A DNA stretch of 54,311 bases from Eubacteriales bacterium (GCA_045594445.1 JAZNYL010000020.1:1-54311), one strand, 5' to 3'. Counted from the stretch's first letter, positions 25,951 to 36,416 are shown. A program made the numbers and translations. Notes: generated from the sequence alone by a model not told the origin.

Positions 25951-26961
25951 ATGAACACCGAAAGCCAAAAAAACACTCCCGCCCTTTCTCCCGAAATGCA
26001 GGCCGCACACCAAAAGGTCATGGCTGCCATCTCCGAGGTGGAAAAGGTCATCGTTGGCAAGAGAAATGAGATCATCATGCTCATGACCGCCATGCTCTCC
26101 GGCTCTCACGTGCTGATTGAGGACGTACCCGGTACGGGTAAGACCACGCTGGCGTCTGCGCTGGCAAAGACCACCGGCCTTTCCTTCAAGCGCGCACAGT
26201 TCACCCCCGACGTTATGGCTTCCGACATCACCGGTTTCCACATCTATAACAGACAAAAGGAAGAGTTTGAATTCCGCACCGGCCTTGTCATGTGTAATCT
26301 GCTGCTGGCAGACGAGATCAACCGTGCCAGCCCCAAGACGCAGTCTGCGCTGCTTGAGGCAATGGAAGAGAACAAGGTTTCGGTTGACGGCGAGACCATG
26401 GCCGTACCGGATCCCTTTATGGTAATCGCAACCCAGAACCCCACCGGCTACGTGGGTACTTATCCGCTGCCCGAGGCACAGCTTGACCGTTTTGCGCTCA
26501 AGATCTTTATGGGCTACCCCAGCGCGCAGGAGGAGATCAACATCATCAAGGCGCGCCGCGACCACAGCCCTCTGGACGAGGTCAACGCGGTGCTCAGCGT
26601 AGAGGAGATCCGCGCGATCCGTGAGCTGGTTACTACGGTAGAGATCAACGACGAGCTGTATAAGTACATGGTAGACCTGATCGGCGCTACCAGAAAGCAT
26701 CCCTCTCTGGCGCTTGGCGCATCCCCCCGTGCAACCGTTGCGCTGATGCACCTGGTTCGCGCGTATGCGTTCCTGCGCGGCAGAGATTACGTGCTGCCCG
26801 ATGATATTGCTGCCATCTTCCGCGCGGCGATCGGCCACCGTCTGATGCTCAAGCAGGAGGCAAAGCTCAATCATATCACGGCAAACGACGTCCTTGGCGA
26901 GATTCTGCGTACGACCGAAGTGCCTTATAAGGGCAAAAGAGAAAATAAGACCACCGTTTAA
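25951..26961 (+). CDS. moxR: MoxR-family AAA+ ATPase
   Basis: HVLIEDVPGTGKT, QFTPDVMASDITG, LLADEINRASPKTQSALLEAMEE, ATQNP, GTYPLPEAQLDRF, GASPR; promoter TTGAAA-18-TATAAT at 25886-25915. Confidence 0.96.
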   Translation: MNTESQKNTPALSPEMQAAHQKVMAAISEVEKVIVGKRNEIIMLMTAMLSGSHVLIEDVPGTGKTTLASALAKTTGLSFKRAQFTPDVMASDITGFHIYNRQKEEFEFRTGLVMCNLLLADEINRASPKTQSALLEAMEENKVSVDGETMAVPDPFMVIATQNPTGYVGTYPLPEAQLDRFALKIFMGYPSAQEEINIIKARRDHSPLDEVNAVLSVEEIRAIRELVTTVEINDELYKYMVDLIGATRKHPSLALGASPRATVALMHLVRAYAFLRGRDYVLPDDIAAIFRAAIGHRLMLKQEAKLNHITANDVLGEILRTTEVPYKGKRENKTTV

Positions 26962-26982
26962 TTTACGCTAAGGAGAATTTTG

Positions 26983-29367
26983 ATGGAACAGTCCAAACTC
27001 TGTCCCCGATGCGGCAAAAGCATTCCTGCGGGTAAGACGTACTGCCTCAGCTGCGGTGCGACGGTGGCGGTCAAATGCCCCGATTGCGGCAAGATATTGC
27101 CGCTGAACCCCAAGGTATGCGACGGTTGCGGACATTCGTTTGTTCGAAAGACGGTCAAAGCAAAGAAAAAGGCAAAGCCTGTGGACTATGCCAAGCTGTA
27201 TCGCATTTTGCTTTGGGTGCTTTCGGGCATTCTGATCGTCTGTCAGATCGTATTTGTCTGCCTGGACGCCATTCGTCTTGCGGTTCCGGACGTGCTGGAT
27301 CTGCATGCGAGCGGCATGGGATTATTCGCTTATTTCTCGGGAGGGGAATTGGCAGGACTTGAGGAGTACCTTAGCCTGTTCAAGATGTCCGAGGAAGATA
27401 TCATCGGCGCGCTGCTTGGCCTTCAGGCCGCGGGCGTGCTGTATTTTGCCGCGCTGATCTGCGCGCTGATCTATGCGCTGATCGCGGGCTTCAACCTCTT
27501 TAGCCTTGGCCCCAAGAGCGTCAAGCAAATGACGCGCTGGGCGGGCATCGTTGCAGGACTTGATCTGCTTGCAAGCGTGCTTTGCATCGCTTGCGGTGCA
27601 GGACTTGCTTCGCGCCTGCGTGCGGTGGAAAAGTACGCAGAGGACGGCATTACGCATACGAGCGTGACGGCCTTTGTATTGATTCCCGCGCTGCTGCTGT
27701 TCGGCACTCTGCTGGTGCTGTACCTGATCTATTACAAGAAGCAGCAGGCAGGTTCCAAGGAAAAGAATCTCAAGGAGATCTTTGTCAACGAAACTACGGT
27801 TGCGCTGGCATCCAAGATCCGTCTGCCATCCACCAAACGCGAGCGCGAGGCTTACGCGCGCGGCAAGGATATGGGCAAGAGAGGCGCCACCATTGGTCTG
27901 ACCAAGAATTTCTGGTGGTATCTGGCCATTCTGGGTGCCGTGCTGATCTTTACGCAGGCGCTCAATAACCCATTTTCGCATATTCTGTTCGTTTTCCTGG
28001 TGCTTTTGTTGCCCGTGCTGTTCCTTTATATGCTGACTGCCAAAATGGCTCTCAACGTATATATGATGTCGGACGCGGCCACCGTGGAAAAGAACCAGCC
28101 CTATACGTATCATTTCCGTGTCAATAACAGCTCCATTTTCGCCTATCCATTCGTGGAGGCAATGATGTGGCTGCCGCAGGCAAACAGCGTGCGCTGCACG
28201 CTGCGTACGGTACGTCTCTCCATGTCGCCCTTTGCAAGCTACGACGTGGGCAACGAGATCCGCTTCCGCTTCCGCGGCACGTACGATATCGGCGTCAAGT
28301 GCTTTTACGTATACGATTTCTTCCGTCTGATGCGCGTGCGCGTGGACGTGGAGAATTACAATCAGGTCTACGTCCTGCCCAGAAAGCTGAATCTGGATGA
28401 GGCTGCCGCGCAGGCAATCTCGGACAGCGTGGCAAGAACGGTGCGCTCACCCATCTCCTACGACCGTCTGGAGGTCAGCGACATCCGCGATTACCGCATG
28501 GGTGACTCGCTCAAGAGCATTCACTGGAAGCTTTCGTCCAAGAGCGAGCAGATGATCGTCAAGGAGTACAACACCGGTACTGCCAACATCACCAACGTGT
28601 ATTGCGATCTGGCGCGCACCTTCCCGGATGCACCTCCCGAGGCGCAAACGCCCGAGCAGATGACGCGCAAGCAGATCAAGGCGCAGAAAAAGGCTGAAAA
28701 GCTGCAGTATGCGTCGGCTTTGGCGGTAGCCAAGGATCAAGGATTGAAAATGAGCCGCGAGCAAAAGGCCAAGCTGCGCGAGGATATTCATGCGTCTGCC
28801 GAGGAAAAGAGAGCTGCGCAGCAGATTCCTGTCGAAGAAGACGAAAACCTGCTTGCATCCGAGCTTTACTATGAGGATATGAACGAATATCTGGCGGACG
28901 GAGTGGTTGAGCTGACCGTGGCCGTGCTGCTGGAGGAATTCCGCAACGGAAAAATTGTCAACCTGATGTGGTTTGACCGTCGCAACGAGGCAGGCGCGTA
29001 TTGTGTCACGCTGCACGGCAAGGAGGATTTTGAGCTGATCTTCCGCGAATTTGCCACAGCGCCCCTGTGTGCTCCCGAGGATACCGTGGCAAGACTTTGC
29101 GCCATGGCGGCCGAGACGCAGAGCACCAAGCAGATTTTCGTCACGGGTGCCATGGATCGCTCGTCGGTCAGCGCACTGTGTTCGATTCCCGGTATGACCG
29201 AGGGCGCAACCTTCGGCTCGTCGCAGGTCATGCTGTATAACCCCGAGGAGCGATTTGCCAACCGCACGCAAAGAATGCGCTATATCGAGGGCTGCCGCGC
29301 GCAGCTGGCCGAGAATGGCCTTGTGCTGGTGACGGGCAGATTGCCCGAGCAAAATGAGGGGAGGTGA
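26983..29367 (+). CDS. DUF58 protein with N-terminal double zinc ribbon and multiple TM helices
   Basis: Four CxxC pairs; hydrophobic segments; RGTYDIG...YDFF...VYVLP...IRDYRMGDSLKSIHWKLSSKSEQMIVKEY. Confidence 0.88.
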   Translation: MEQSKLCPRCGKSIPAGKTYCLSCGATVAVKCPDCGKILPLNPKVCDGCGHSFVRKTVKAKKKAKPVDYAKLYRILLWVLSGILIVCQIVFVCLDAIRLAVPDVLDLHASGMGLFAYFSGGELAGLEEYLSLFKMSEEDIIGALLGLQAAGVLYFAALICALIYALIAGFNLFSLGPKSVKQMTRWAGIVAGLDLLASVLCIACGAGLASRLRAVEKYAEDGITHTSVTAFVLIPALLLFGTLLVLYLIYYKKQQAGSKEKNLKEIFVNETTVALASKIRLPSTKREREAYARGKDMGKRGATIGLTKNFWWYLAILGAVLIFTQALNNPFSHILFVFLVLLLPVLFLYMLTAKMALNVYMMSDAATVEKNQPYTYHFRVNNSSIFAYPFVEAMMWLPQANSVRCTLRTVRLSMSPFASYDVGNEIRFRFRGTYDIGVKCFYVYDFFRLMRVRVDVENYNQVYVLPRKLNLDEAAAQAISDSVARTVRSPISYDRLEVSDIRDYRMGDSLKSIHWKLSSKSEQMIVKEYNTGTANITNVYCDLARTFPDAPPEAQTPEQMTRKQIKAQKKAEKLQYASALAVAKDQGLKMSREQKAKLREDIHASAEEKRAAQQIPVEEDENLLASELYYEDMNEYLADGVVELTVAVLLEEFRNGKIVNLMWFDRRNEAGAYCVTLHGKEDFELIFREFATAPLCAPEDTVARLCAMAAETQSTKQIFVTGAMDRSSVSALCSIPGMTEGATFGSSQVMLYNPEERFANRTQRMRYIEGCRAQLAENGLVLVTGRLPEQNEGR

Positions 29368-29372
29368 GCGGC

Positions 29373-32300
29373 ATGGCAAAAAAAGAGAAAAAAGTCAAGG
29401 CGAAAAAGCAGCCTAAGCAGAAAAAGCAGGTGCCGCTGATTCCCGAGCATCAAAGACCTTTGATCTGTCCGCCCGACCAGGCGGGAAGAGGACTGCGCAC
29501 GCGTATTCTGGGATATGTCTGCCGCTGCCTTGTAGTCATGTGCCTCTGCTGGGCGCTGATGATGTTCTTTGGCGGTGCGTTTACCGGCTCGTACGGCTTC
29601 TGGGTAGGCGTTTCCGAGTTTACCATGCTGGGGCTTGCGCTGTTTGCAACGGCCGTGTTCGGCTTGATTTGCTATAACCGCTATACCGCGCTTGGCGGTC
29701 TTGCGCTGGGTGCTGCGGGCATTGCAATCCTCTCTCCCAACGTCGTGCAGGGCGTGCTGGCACTTTACAACGGCTTTTTGTGCCGCCTGTATCTGTCCAG
29801 ATTTACGTTGTATCTGTCAAATCTCGGTATCGGCGTGCCGAATCTGACCTCGGGCGAGTCGCTGGCGGGGTATTACCTTGAAAAGCTGACCGCTTACGGT
29901 GCGGACGGTATGCTGGTCATGGCGTTGGTGCTGTCGGCTGTATTCGTTCCGCTGATCGCCAAGCGCACGCGTCCCGTGCTGCCCACCATTACCTGCCTTG
30001 TGGTCATCGTGCCCGTATGCGTGTTCAACATCGCATCCAGCGGCCTTGGCGCAGGTATGCTGATCGCGTCGGTGGCTGCCGTGCTGGTCATGTGGGCATA
30101 CGACAAAATGTTCCGCCGCGCGGTGGATGCCAACCAGTACGATACCAAGCTGCAAATGTTTGCAGAGCAGGATAAACCCGAATATCCCGAGGAATATCTG
30201 CAGAAAAAGCGCGAGAAGGCTGAGAAAAAGCTGCAAAAGAAGCTGGCTCGCGAGCAAAAGAAGCAAAATAAGAAAAAAGATAAGACCGTTGACGAGGAAA
30301 TCTCCTCCTACTTTGAGGCTCCCAAGAAAAAGGTCAAGGTCAAAAAGCCGCGCCTGACAGAGCAAGAGAAAAAGGCGCTCAAGCAGCAAAAGAAGCAGCA
30401 GAAGCTACACCAAAAGGAAGTGCAAAAGCAGGTGCGTGCGGCACGCCGCTACGAGCAGGTGACCGATAGCGCCAAGAGCGCGATGGGCGGCTTTGCGGCT
30501 GCCATCATGCTGGCGGTTTGCGTCATTGTGATCATCGTGCCCGCGCTGACCATCAAAAAGCACATGGTCATTGAGCTTTTGGATGAAAAGATCTCGTATG
30601 CGCGCGCGTACGTGACCGCTGCGCTGATGGGCGACGACGAACGTCTGGACGAGCTGGAATACGAGCTGGAGAACGACAACTTTACGCCGCATTCCACCGA
30701 GCTTGAGCACATTACCTTTGACGGCACGCAGCTGTTCTTTATTGAATCGCAGTATCCGGCTAACCTGTATTTGCGCGGTTGGATCGGCGTGGATTACATG
30801 GATGGCGCGTGGTATCCCGCGCAGTCCTCGGACGACGAGGAAAATCCGAGTGCGTTTGATGCGTGGAGAGATTTATACGGCATCAGGCAGCATCCTTCGG
30901 ATCAGATGTTTTACGATTTCTACAAGCTCTCGCATCCCGAGCTTGAGATGTTTGATCCGGGCTACGACTTTTTGAATAAGTACCACAAGGAAGCAGATCT
31001 TGGATTTGTGGCGATGCGCGTGCACATGCGTCGCGTCAACAGCTATTCGTCGCTTCTGTATCTGCCCAGCGTATTTGATCAGAGCCGAGGGCTGTACGGC
31101 TACGGCAACAACGAGCCGAGTGAGCACAGCTTTGTCAACTACTTTGACGGCGTGCTGACCGGCCGTGATTTTGCCGAGAGCGGAACCAAGTACAGCGCCA
31201 TGACCTTTGCACCCATCAAGACCGACAAGGATTGGATCGGCATTCTGGGTGCGGATATTGCGGAGTATAATCTGCAAAAGGAACTGATATTGGCGTATAA
31301 TTCCTACGAGGTGGTGGAGCTTTCGTACGGAACCGACGTCAATACCACGTATTCTGTTAAGGTTGAAGAAGACGTTCCCGCAAGAGGCTTTACCACCATC
31401 AGCTACCGCAGAAGCGGCAAGGTGGTTGCATCCTTTATTCATGAGAGCGAAAGCGTCAGGTATCTGACGCAGGATAAGATGATTATCCTGACCGATGCGG
31501 ATGGCGCCGAATACGTCATTGAGCTGGACAGCAACTATAAGGTGGAGAGCGTCAGCACCCAAAACGAGCAGTCGCTTTTGCACCGCTACGTTACGGGCAA
31601 GGACTCCGATAAGCGCGAGATCGACCGCATTTTGCTTGGCGGCGACCTTGACGACCAGGAGGACGACACCAACTATACCGATTACGTGTACGCGTACTAT
31701 ACCGGTAAGAGCGAGAGCAAGATCTTAGCCGAGCTTGCCGACAAAATCTACCGTGAGGCGACCTACAAGGTCAAGGAAGAAACGGGCGAGTTTGAGCACG
31801 TCGAGGCTGTGACGCACGAGGAATACAGACTTGTGGAAGCCGTCGCCGATCTGGATTGGTCGGGGCAGACCGTTTACTATACCAAGGAAATCCTGGTGGA
31901 TGAAAACGGCGAAGAGATCGGGGAGGAATACCTTCCTGCCGAGGTCTTTGATGAGAATATGGTATGGGCAGGCCTGCTTTACCGGGTTGTGACCGTGGTA
32001 GACGAGGAGGCTTACGACGAGCCGATCTACGCCATTACCGAATACCCCTATGATTTCACATCTGCGGCAATGCCAAACGCGACGTTTGCATCTGCGGCAA
32101 TGCAGAGAAACGATCTTGTCAGAGCGGTCATTGATTATATCATCGAGGATATGGGCTGCACGTATACGCTGACGCCCGACCTTGCGCTGGTCAATGCGGA
32201 TCTTGACGGTGTGGAGAATTTCCTGACCAATACCAAAGAGGGATATTGCGTGCAGTTTGCTTCTGCCGCAGCGCTGATTCTGCGTGAATACGGCATTCCC

Positions 32301-33191
32301 ACGAGATATGTCGAGGGTTATATTGCTTGCGATTTCAATACCAACAGCAGCATCGACAGAGTTGCCAGATCCGCAACCTACGTGCACGACTATGAGGCGC
32401 ATGCGTGGATCGAGGTATTCTTTGACGGCATCGGCTGGGTGCAGTACGAGTGCACGCCCGCTTACTATGCGGGTATGTACGGCGGCATGGGCAGCAGCGA
32501 GAGCGAGGAGGGAAGCGCCTCCACGCCTCCTCCTTCGATCAAGGATGAGATCGAGGATATCGTCAACGCTCCCGACGAAGAGGACGAGGATCAGATGAGT
32601 GAGGAAGAGCTGGCAGAGGAAATGCAGCGTCGCTCGGTCATCATCGCGTCCATCGTGTTTGTCTCGGTGGTAGTTGTGGTTGGCGGCGTGATCGGAGTGC
32701 TCTCCTGGCTCAAGAACCGTGCATCTGCTGCGGAATATAAGAAGAACAGCGCAGTGGATACCGTTCTTTCGGATCATTTCGGTCAGAATACGAGCGAGGA
32801 CGATCGCCGTGAGCTGAGCTACACGGTCATTGACGCGCTGCACAATATTCTGGATATCTACGGGCTCTCTCCCGAGCCGGGAGAATTCAAGGATGAGTAC
32901 GCACGCAGACTGGCATACGAGCTTGAGGATATTCTCGGCCGCTCGCCCGAATACGAGGAGCAGGTCGAAGAGGTTGATCCGAACGCACCCCCTGCGCAAG
33001 AGCTGCCCGTCAGCCCGCACAGATTCGGAGAGATCATGGATGCCATTGCCGCCGAGGAATTCGGTCACGGTATGAGCATCGCACAGATGAAGCAGGTTGC
33101 TGCTCTGTATAAGGACCTGCGCGCAAACGTGCACAAGCGCGTGCCGTTTGGCAGACGCATGGTTCTGCGCTACTTCAAGAACAGACTGTAA
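29373..33191 (+). CDS. Membrane-anchored transglutaminase-like protein (TgpA-like)
   Basis: N-terminal TM bundle; KEGYCVQFASAAALILREYGIPTRYVEGY...HAWIEVFFDGIGWVQYECTP; C-terminal TM. ATG 29373 after GGAGGTG. Confidence 0.9.
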   Translation: MAKKEKKVKAKKQPKQKKQVPLIPEHQRPLICPPDQAGRGLRTRILGYVCRCLVVMCLCWALMMFFGGAFTGSYGFWVGVSEFTMLGLALFATAVFGLICYNRYTALGGLALGAAGIAILSPNVVQGVLALYNGFLCRLYLSRFTLYLSNLGIGVPNLTSGESLAGYYLEKLTAYGADGMLVMALVLSAVFVPLIAKRTRPVLPTITCLVVIVPVCVFNIASSGLGAGMLIASVAAVLVMWAYDKMFRRAVDANQYDTKLQMFAEQDKPEYPEEYLQKKREKAEKKLQKKLAREQKKQNKKKDKTVDEEISSYFEAPKKKVKVKKPRLTEQEKKALKQQKKQQKLHQKEVQKQVRAARRYEQVTDSAKSAMGGFAAAIMLAVCVIVIIVPALTIKKHMVIELLDEKISYARAYVTAALMGDDERLDELEYELENDNFTPHSTELEHITFDGTQLFFIESQYPANLYLRGWIGVDYMDGAWYPAQSSDDEENPSAFDAWRDLYGIRQHPSDQMFYDFYKLSHPELEMFDPGYDFLNKYHKEADLGFVAMRVHMRRVNSYSSLLYLPSVFDQSRGLYGYGNNEPSEHSFVNYFDGVLTGRDFAESGTKYSAMTFAPIKTDKDWIGILGADIAEYNLQKELILAYNSYEVVELSYGTDVNTTYSVKVEEDVPARGFTTISYRRSGKVVASFIHESESVRYLTQDKMIILTDADGAEYVIELDSNYKVESVSTQNEQSLLHRYVTGKDSDKREIDRILLGGDLDDQEDDTNYTDYVYAYYTGKSESKILAELADKIYREATYKVKEETGEFEHVEAVTHEEYRLVEAVADLDWSGQTVYYTKEILVDENGEEIGEEYLPAEVFDENMVWAGLLYRVVTVVDEEAYDEPIYAITEYPYDFTSAAMPNATFASAAMQRNDLVRAVIDYIIEDMGCTYTLTPDLALVNADLDGVENFLTNTKEGYCVQFASAAALILREYGIPTRYVEGYIACDFNTNSSIDRVARSATYVHDYEAHAWIEVFFDGIGWVQYECTPAYYAGMYGGMGSSESEEGSASTPPPSIKDEIEDIVNAPDEEDEDQMSEEELAEEMQRRSVIIASIVFVSVVVVVGGVIGVLSWLKNRASAAEYKKNSAVDTVLSDHFGQNTSEDDRRELSYTVIDALHNILDIYGLSPEPGEFKDEYARRLAYELEDILGRSPEYEEQVEEVDPNAPPAQELPVSPHRFGEIMDAIAAEEFGHGMSIAQMKQVAALYKDLRANVHKRVPFGRRMVLRYFKNRL

Positions 33192-33203
33192 ATGCAACAA
33201 TAC

Positions 33204-33227
33204 GTAGGGCGGGGGCTCGCTCTCGCC
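33204..33227 (+). repeat. GTAG-type REP
   Basis: GTAGGGCGGGGGCTCGCTCTCGCC. Confidence 0.65.
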
Positions 33228-33247
33228 TTCGTGCAGCACAAGTGTTT

Positions 33248-33308
33248 GAAAACCCTTGCGAAAGCAGGGGTTTTCTTCTTGACAGGCAAGATGATTTTAT
33301 GGTATACT
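33248..33308 (+). promoter_or_regulatory. Terminator hairpin abutting the sigma-A promoter of lipoprotein 1
   Basis: Hairpin 33248-33275; TTGACA (33279)-18bp-TATACT (33303), extended TG. Confidence 0.8.
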
Positions 33309-33336
33309 GATAAAAACGACTCAAGGAGAAGTGCTG

Positions 33337-34821
33337 ATGAAACGCATCATTTCGTTGTTTCTGTTATTGGCAACGCTGCTTATGGCTCTTGCTGCTTGTG
33401 CCGAGGGAGATACCTCACAGCAAAATACCGACACCACCGCCGCCGAGGAGAGCACCGAGCCCGCGCAGTTGGATGCCATTCCCGAGGATCTGAAATATAA
33501 CGGCGAGGAGATCGTGATCTTAAGCCGCGCCAAGCAGGGCTGGACGCAGGACGAGATTGCGGTGCCCGAGCTCAATTCCGAGCCGGTCAACGATGCGATT
33601 TTCAATCGAAACATTACGGTGTTTGACCGACTCAACGTCAGTATCGTATCTGCTCCCATTGAGGATCCCGACGAATACAAGCCCATTACCGAGATTGAGA
33701 GCATTGTCAAGGCGGGATCGTCGGATTACGACCTGGTCGCATCCGCTTGCTACACCACCATGCCCTCTGTGCTCAAGGGAACGTTTTACGACCTGACTGA
33801 GCTTGAGTACCTGGATCTTTCGCGTGATTACTGGATGCAGAGCTACAACGAGCTGATCTCCTACGGACAGAGCCAGTATACCGCCACGGGCATGATCGCG
33901 CTCTCTACCTATCGCTTTGCCTTTGTCACCATGTTCAACAAGAATCTGTTTGATAACAAAAACGTTCCGTACCTGTACGATGCGGTCAGCAGCGGCGAGT
34001 GGACGCTGGATTATCAGGCCTCGCTGGCAGCGGATTTTTACCAGGACCTAAACGGTAACGGCAGACATGACGAGGCGGATCTGTTCGGCTTTATCTCTTG
34101 CCCGGGACTGAGCACCGACCCTTATTGGAGCTCGTGCAACATGCCCATCCTGGAAAAGAACGATGCGGGCGAATACGTCTGGGTGCTGGACGTCGGACAC
34201 GTGTCGGACGTGGTGGATAAGCTTTTGATCCTGTTCTATGATTGCGGCGGCACCTACCTTTACAAGGAGGAGGCAAGCAATACCGAGCAGGACGAGATTC
34301 GTCGGATGTTTGCTGAGGGTCACAGCGCGATGACCACGCTGCGCCTGATTGCCGTGGAGCAGCCCGACGTGCGCGACATGGAGCAGATGTACGGCATCGT
34401 GCCCATGCCCAAGTTCGACGAGGCTCAAGAGGACTACGGAACGCTGATGCACGACCAGTTTACGGTATTTTGTGTGCCTGTCTCGGCAGCCAAGGATAAG
34501 CTTGAGATGATCGGCGCAACGCTTGAGGTCATGGCCTCCGAGTCGCAAAGAACAGTCAAGCCCGCGTATTATGAGATCGCGCTCAAGCGCAAGTATATGA
34601 GCGACCCCATCGCGTGGGAGATGCTGGATCTCACCTTTGACAGAATGATCACGGATGCAGGCGTGGTTTACGGCCTCTCGCTGAATTTCCCGCATCATAT
34701 GCTGCGCACCATCGTAAACGGCAAAAAGAACAATGCGTCCTCCAAGTTTGCAAGCGTGGCAAAATCGTGCAAGAGATCTCTGATCAAGCTGCAGGGCAAG
34801 CTGGAAAAGCTGGAGGAATGA
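33337..34821 (+). CDS. Extracellular solute-binding-like lipoprotein, paralog 1 of 5
   Basis: Lipobox LAAC; YLDLS..YW, GEWTLD, DLNGNG Ca-loop, YGIVPMPKFDE, KPAYYEIALK; 494 aa. Confidence 0.85.
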   Translation: MKRIISLFLLLATLLMALAACAEGDTSQQNTDTTAAEESTEPAQLDAIPEDLKYNGEEIVILSRAKQGWTQDEIAVPELNSEPVNDAIFNRNITVFDRLNVSIVSAPIEDPDEYKPITEIESIVKAGSSDYDLVASACYTTMPSVLKGTFYDLTELEYLDLSRDYWMQSYNELISYGQSQYTATGMIALSTYRFAFVTMFNKNLFDNKNVPYLYDAVSSGEWTLDYQASLAADFYQDLNGNGRHDEADLFGFISCPGLSTDPYWSSCNMPILEKNDAGEYVWVLDVGHVSDVVDKLLILFYDCGGTYLYKEEASNTEQDEIRRMFAEGHSAMTTLRLIAVEQPDVRDMEQMYGIVPMPKFDEAQEDYGTLMHDQFTVFCVPVSAAKDKLEMIGATLEVMASESQRTVKPAYYEIALKRKYMSDPIAWEMLDLTFDRMITDAGVVYGLSLNFPHHMLRTIVNGKKNNASSKFASVAKSCKRSLIKLQGKLEKLEE

Positions 34822-34833
34822 TCAAATAAACCT

Positions 34834-34897
34834 AAGCGACCACCGGGAACGGCGGTCGCTTTTTTCTCTTGACAAAGTCAAGAGAAAGTGGTATAAT
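34834..34897 (+). promoter_or_regulatory. Terminator + sigma-A promoter of lipoprotein 2
   Basis: Hairpin 34834-34865; TTGACA (34869)-17bp-TATAAT (34892); 11-bp inverted repeat over the -35. Confidence 0.85.
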
Positions 34898-34931
34898 CTG
34901 CCCATAATAGAAATTGTTGGAGAGAAAAAGT

Positions 34932-36416
34932 ATGAAAAAGACAATTGCAATGCTGCTTGCGCTGCTGACGCTGATCGCGTTGTTGGCCGCTTGCGTGGAC
35001 ACACCGAATGAACAAGACGGCGAAACCTCAGCCGGAGAAGAGACCACTGAGCAGGATGCACGTCTGGACGCCATTCCCGAGGATTTGAAATTCAACGGCG
35101 AGGACGTGGTGATCCTGAGCCGCGGTGTGCAGAAGTATACCGTGGATGAGATCGCTGTGCCCGAGCTCACTTCCGATCCTGTCAACGATGCGGTATTCAA
35201 TCGTAACATTGTGGTCGGTGACCGTTTGAACGTTAAGATCGTGTCCCAACCGCTTGAGGATTCCGACCCGTTCAAAACGGTGGCGGAGATCGAGCGCGTG
35301 GTCAAGGCGGGCAGCGATGATTACGATCTGTTCGCCGGTGCGTGCTATGCAACCTTGCCCGCAGCACTTGGCGGCACCTTCTACGATCTGCGCGATCTGG
35401 AATATCTGGATCTTTCGCAGAGCTACTGGATGCAGGACTACAATGATACGATCTCCTATGGTGACAGCCAATATACCGCTACGGGTATGATTGCACTCTC
35501 TACCTACCGTCTGGCAATTGTCACGCTGTTCAATAAGAAGCTGTTTGACGATAAGAGCCTGCCTTACCTGTACGAGGCGGTAGAGAACAACGAATGGACG
35601 CTGGACTACCATGCTTCTCTCGTTGAGGACTTCTACCAGGATCTCAACGGTGACGGAAAGCATGACGAGGATGACTTGTTCGGTCTTGTGACCAGCGCCG
35701 TAATCAACGTAGACGCTTATTGGAGCGCATGCGATATCGCTTTGGTAGATAAGGATGCGGACGGCGCCTATACCTGGGCACTGGATACCGAAAAGCTCTC
35801 CAACGCGGTAGATAAGCTTTTGCTTCTGATCCACGAAAGCGGCGGTACCTATCTCTGCAAGGAGACTGAGGGCAGCTCCGCTCAGCCTGCGATCCGCGAG
35901 ATGTTTGCAGAGGGCAGAGCCGCTACCTCCACGCTGCGTCTGCTGGCTGTTGAGCTGGATGAGATTCGCAATATGCAAGAGGAGTACGGCATCGTGCCCA
36001 TGCCCAAGTACGACGAGCTGCAGAAGAATTATCAAACGCAGATGCACGACCAGTTCACGGTATTTGCAATTCCCTCATCGGCTGCCCAGAGCAAGATAGA
36101 GATGATCGGCGCTGTCATGGAGGTCATGGCATCCGAGAACCTTCGTATGGTCAAGCCCGCGTACTATGAGATCGCACTCAAGAGAAAGTACATGAGCGAC
36201 CCGATTGCATGGGATATGCTGGATATGGCATTTGAGCACGTAATCGTGGATGCAGGCGTGATTTATGCCGATTCGCTGGAATATCCTCACCATCACCTGC
36301 GCACTATGATCGAGAATAAGAACAACAGTGTGGCTTCGACCTTTGGTATGTCCAAGAATAAGATGAATAAGCAGCTTGCCAAGATCGTTAATAAGATGGA
36401 GAATCTGGAAGGATGA
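34932..36416 (+). CDS. Solute-binding-like lipoprotein, paralog 2 of 5
   Basis: Same conserved blocks; lipobox LAAC; 494 aa. Confidence 0.85.
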   Translation: MKKTIAMLLALLTLIALLAACVDTPNEQDGETSAGEETTEQDARLDAIPEDLKFNGEDVVILSRGVQKYTVDEIAVPELTSDPVNDAVFNRNIVVGDRLNVKIVSQPLEDSDPFKTVAEIERVVKAGSDDYDLFAGACYATLPAALGGTFYDLRDLEYLDLSQSYWMQDYNDTISYGDSQYTATGMIALSTYRLAIVTLFNKKLFDDKSLPYLYEAVENNEWTLDYHASLVEDFYQDLNGDGKHDEDDLFGLVTSAVINVDAYWSACDIALVDKDADGAYTWALDTEKLSNAVDKLLLLIHESGGTYLCKETEGSSAQPAIREMFAEGRAATSTLRLLAVELDEIRNMQEEYGIVPMPKYDELQKNYQTQMHDQFTVFAIPSSAAQSKIEMIGAVMEVMASENLRMVKPAYYEIALKRKYMSDPIAWDMLDMAFEHVIVDAGVIYADSLEYPHHHLRTMIENKNNSVASTFGMSKNKMNKQLAKIVNKMENLEG

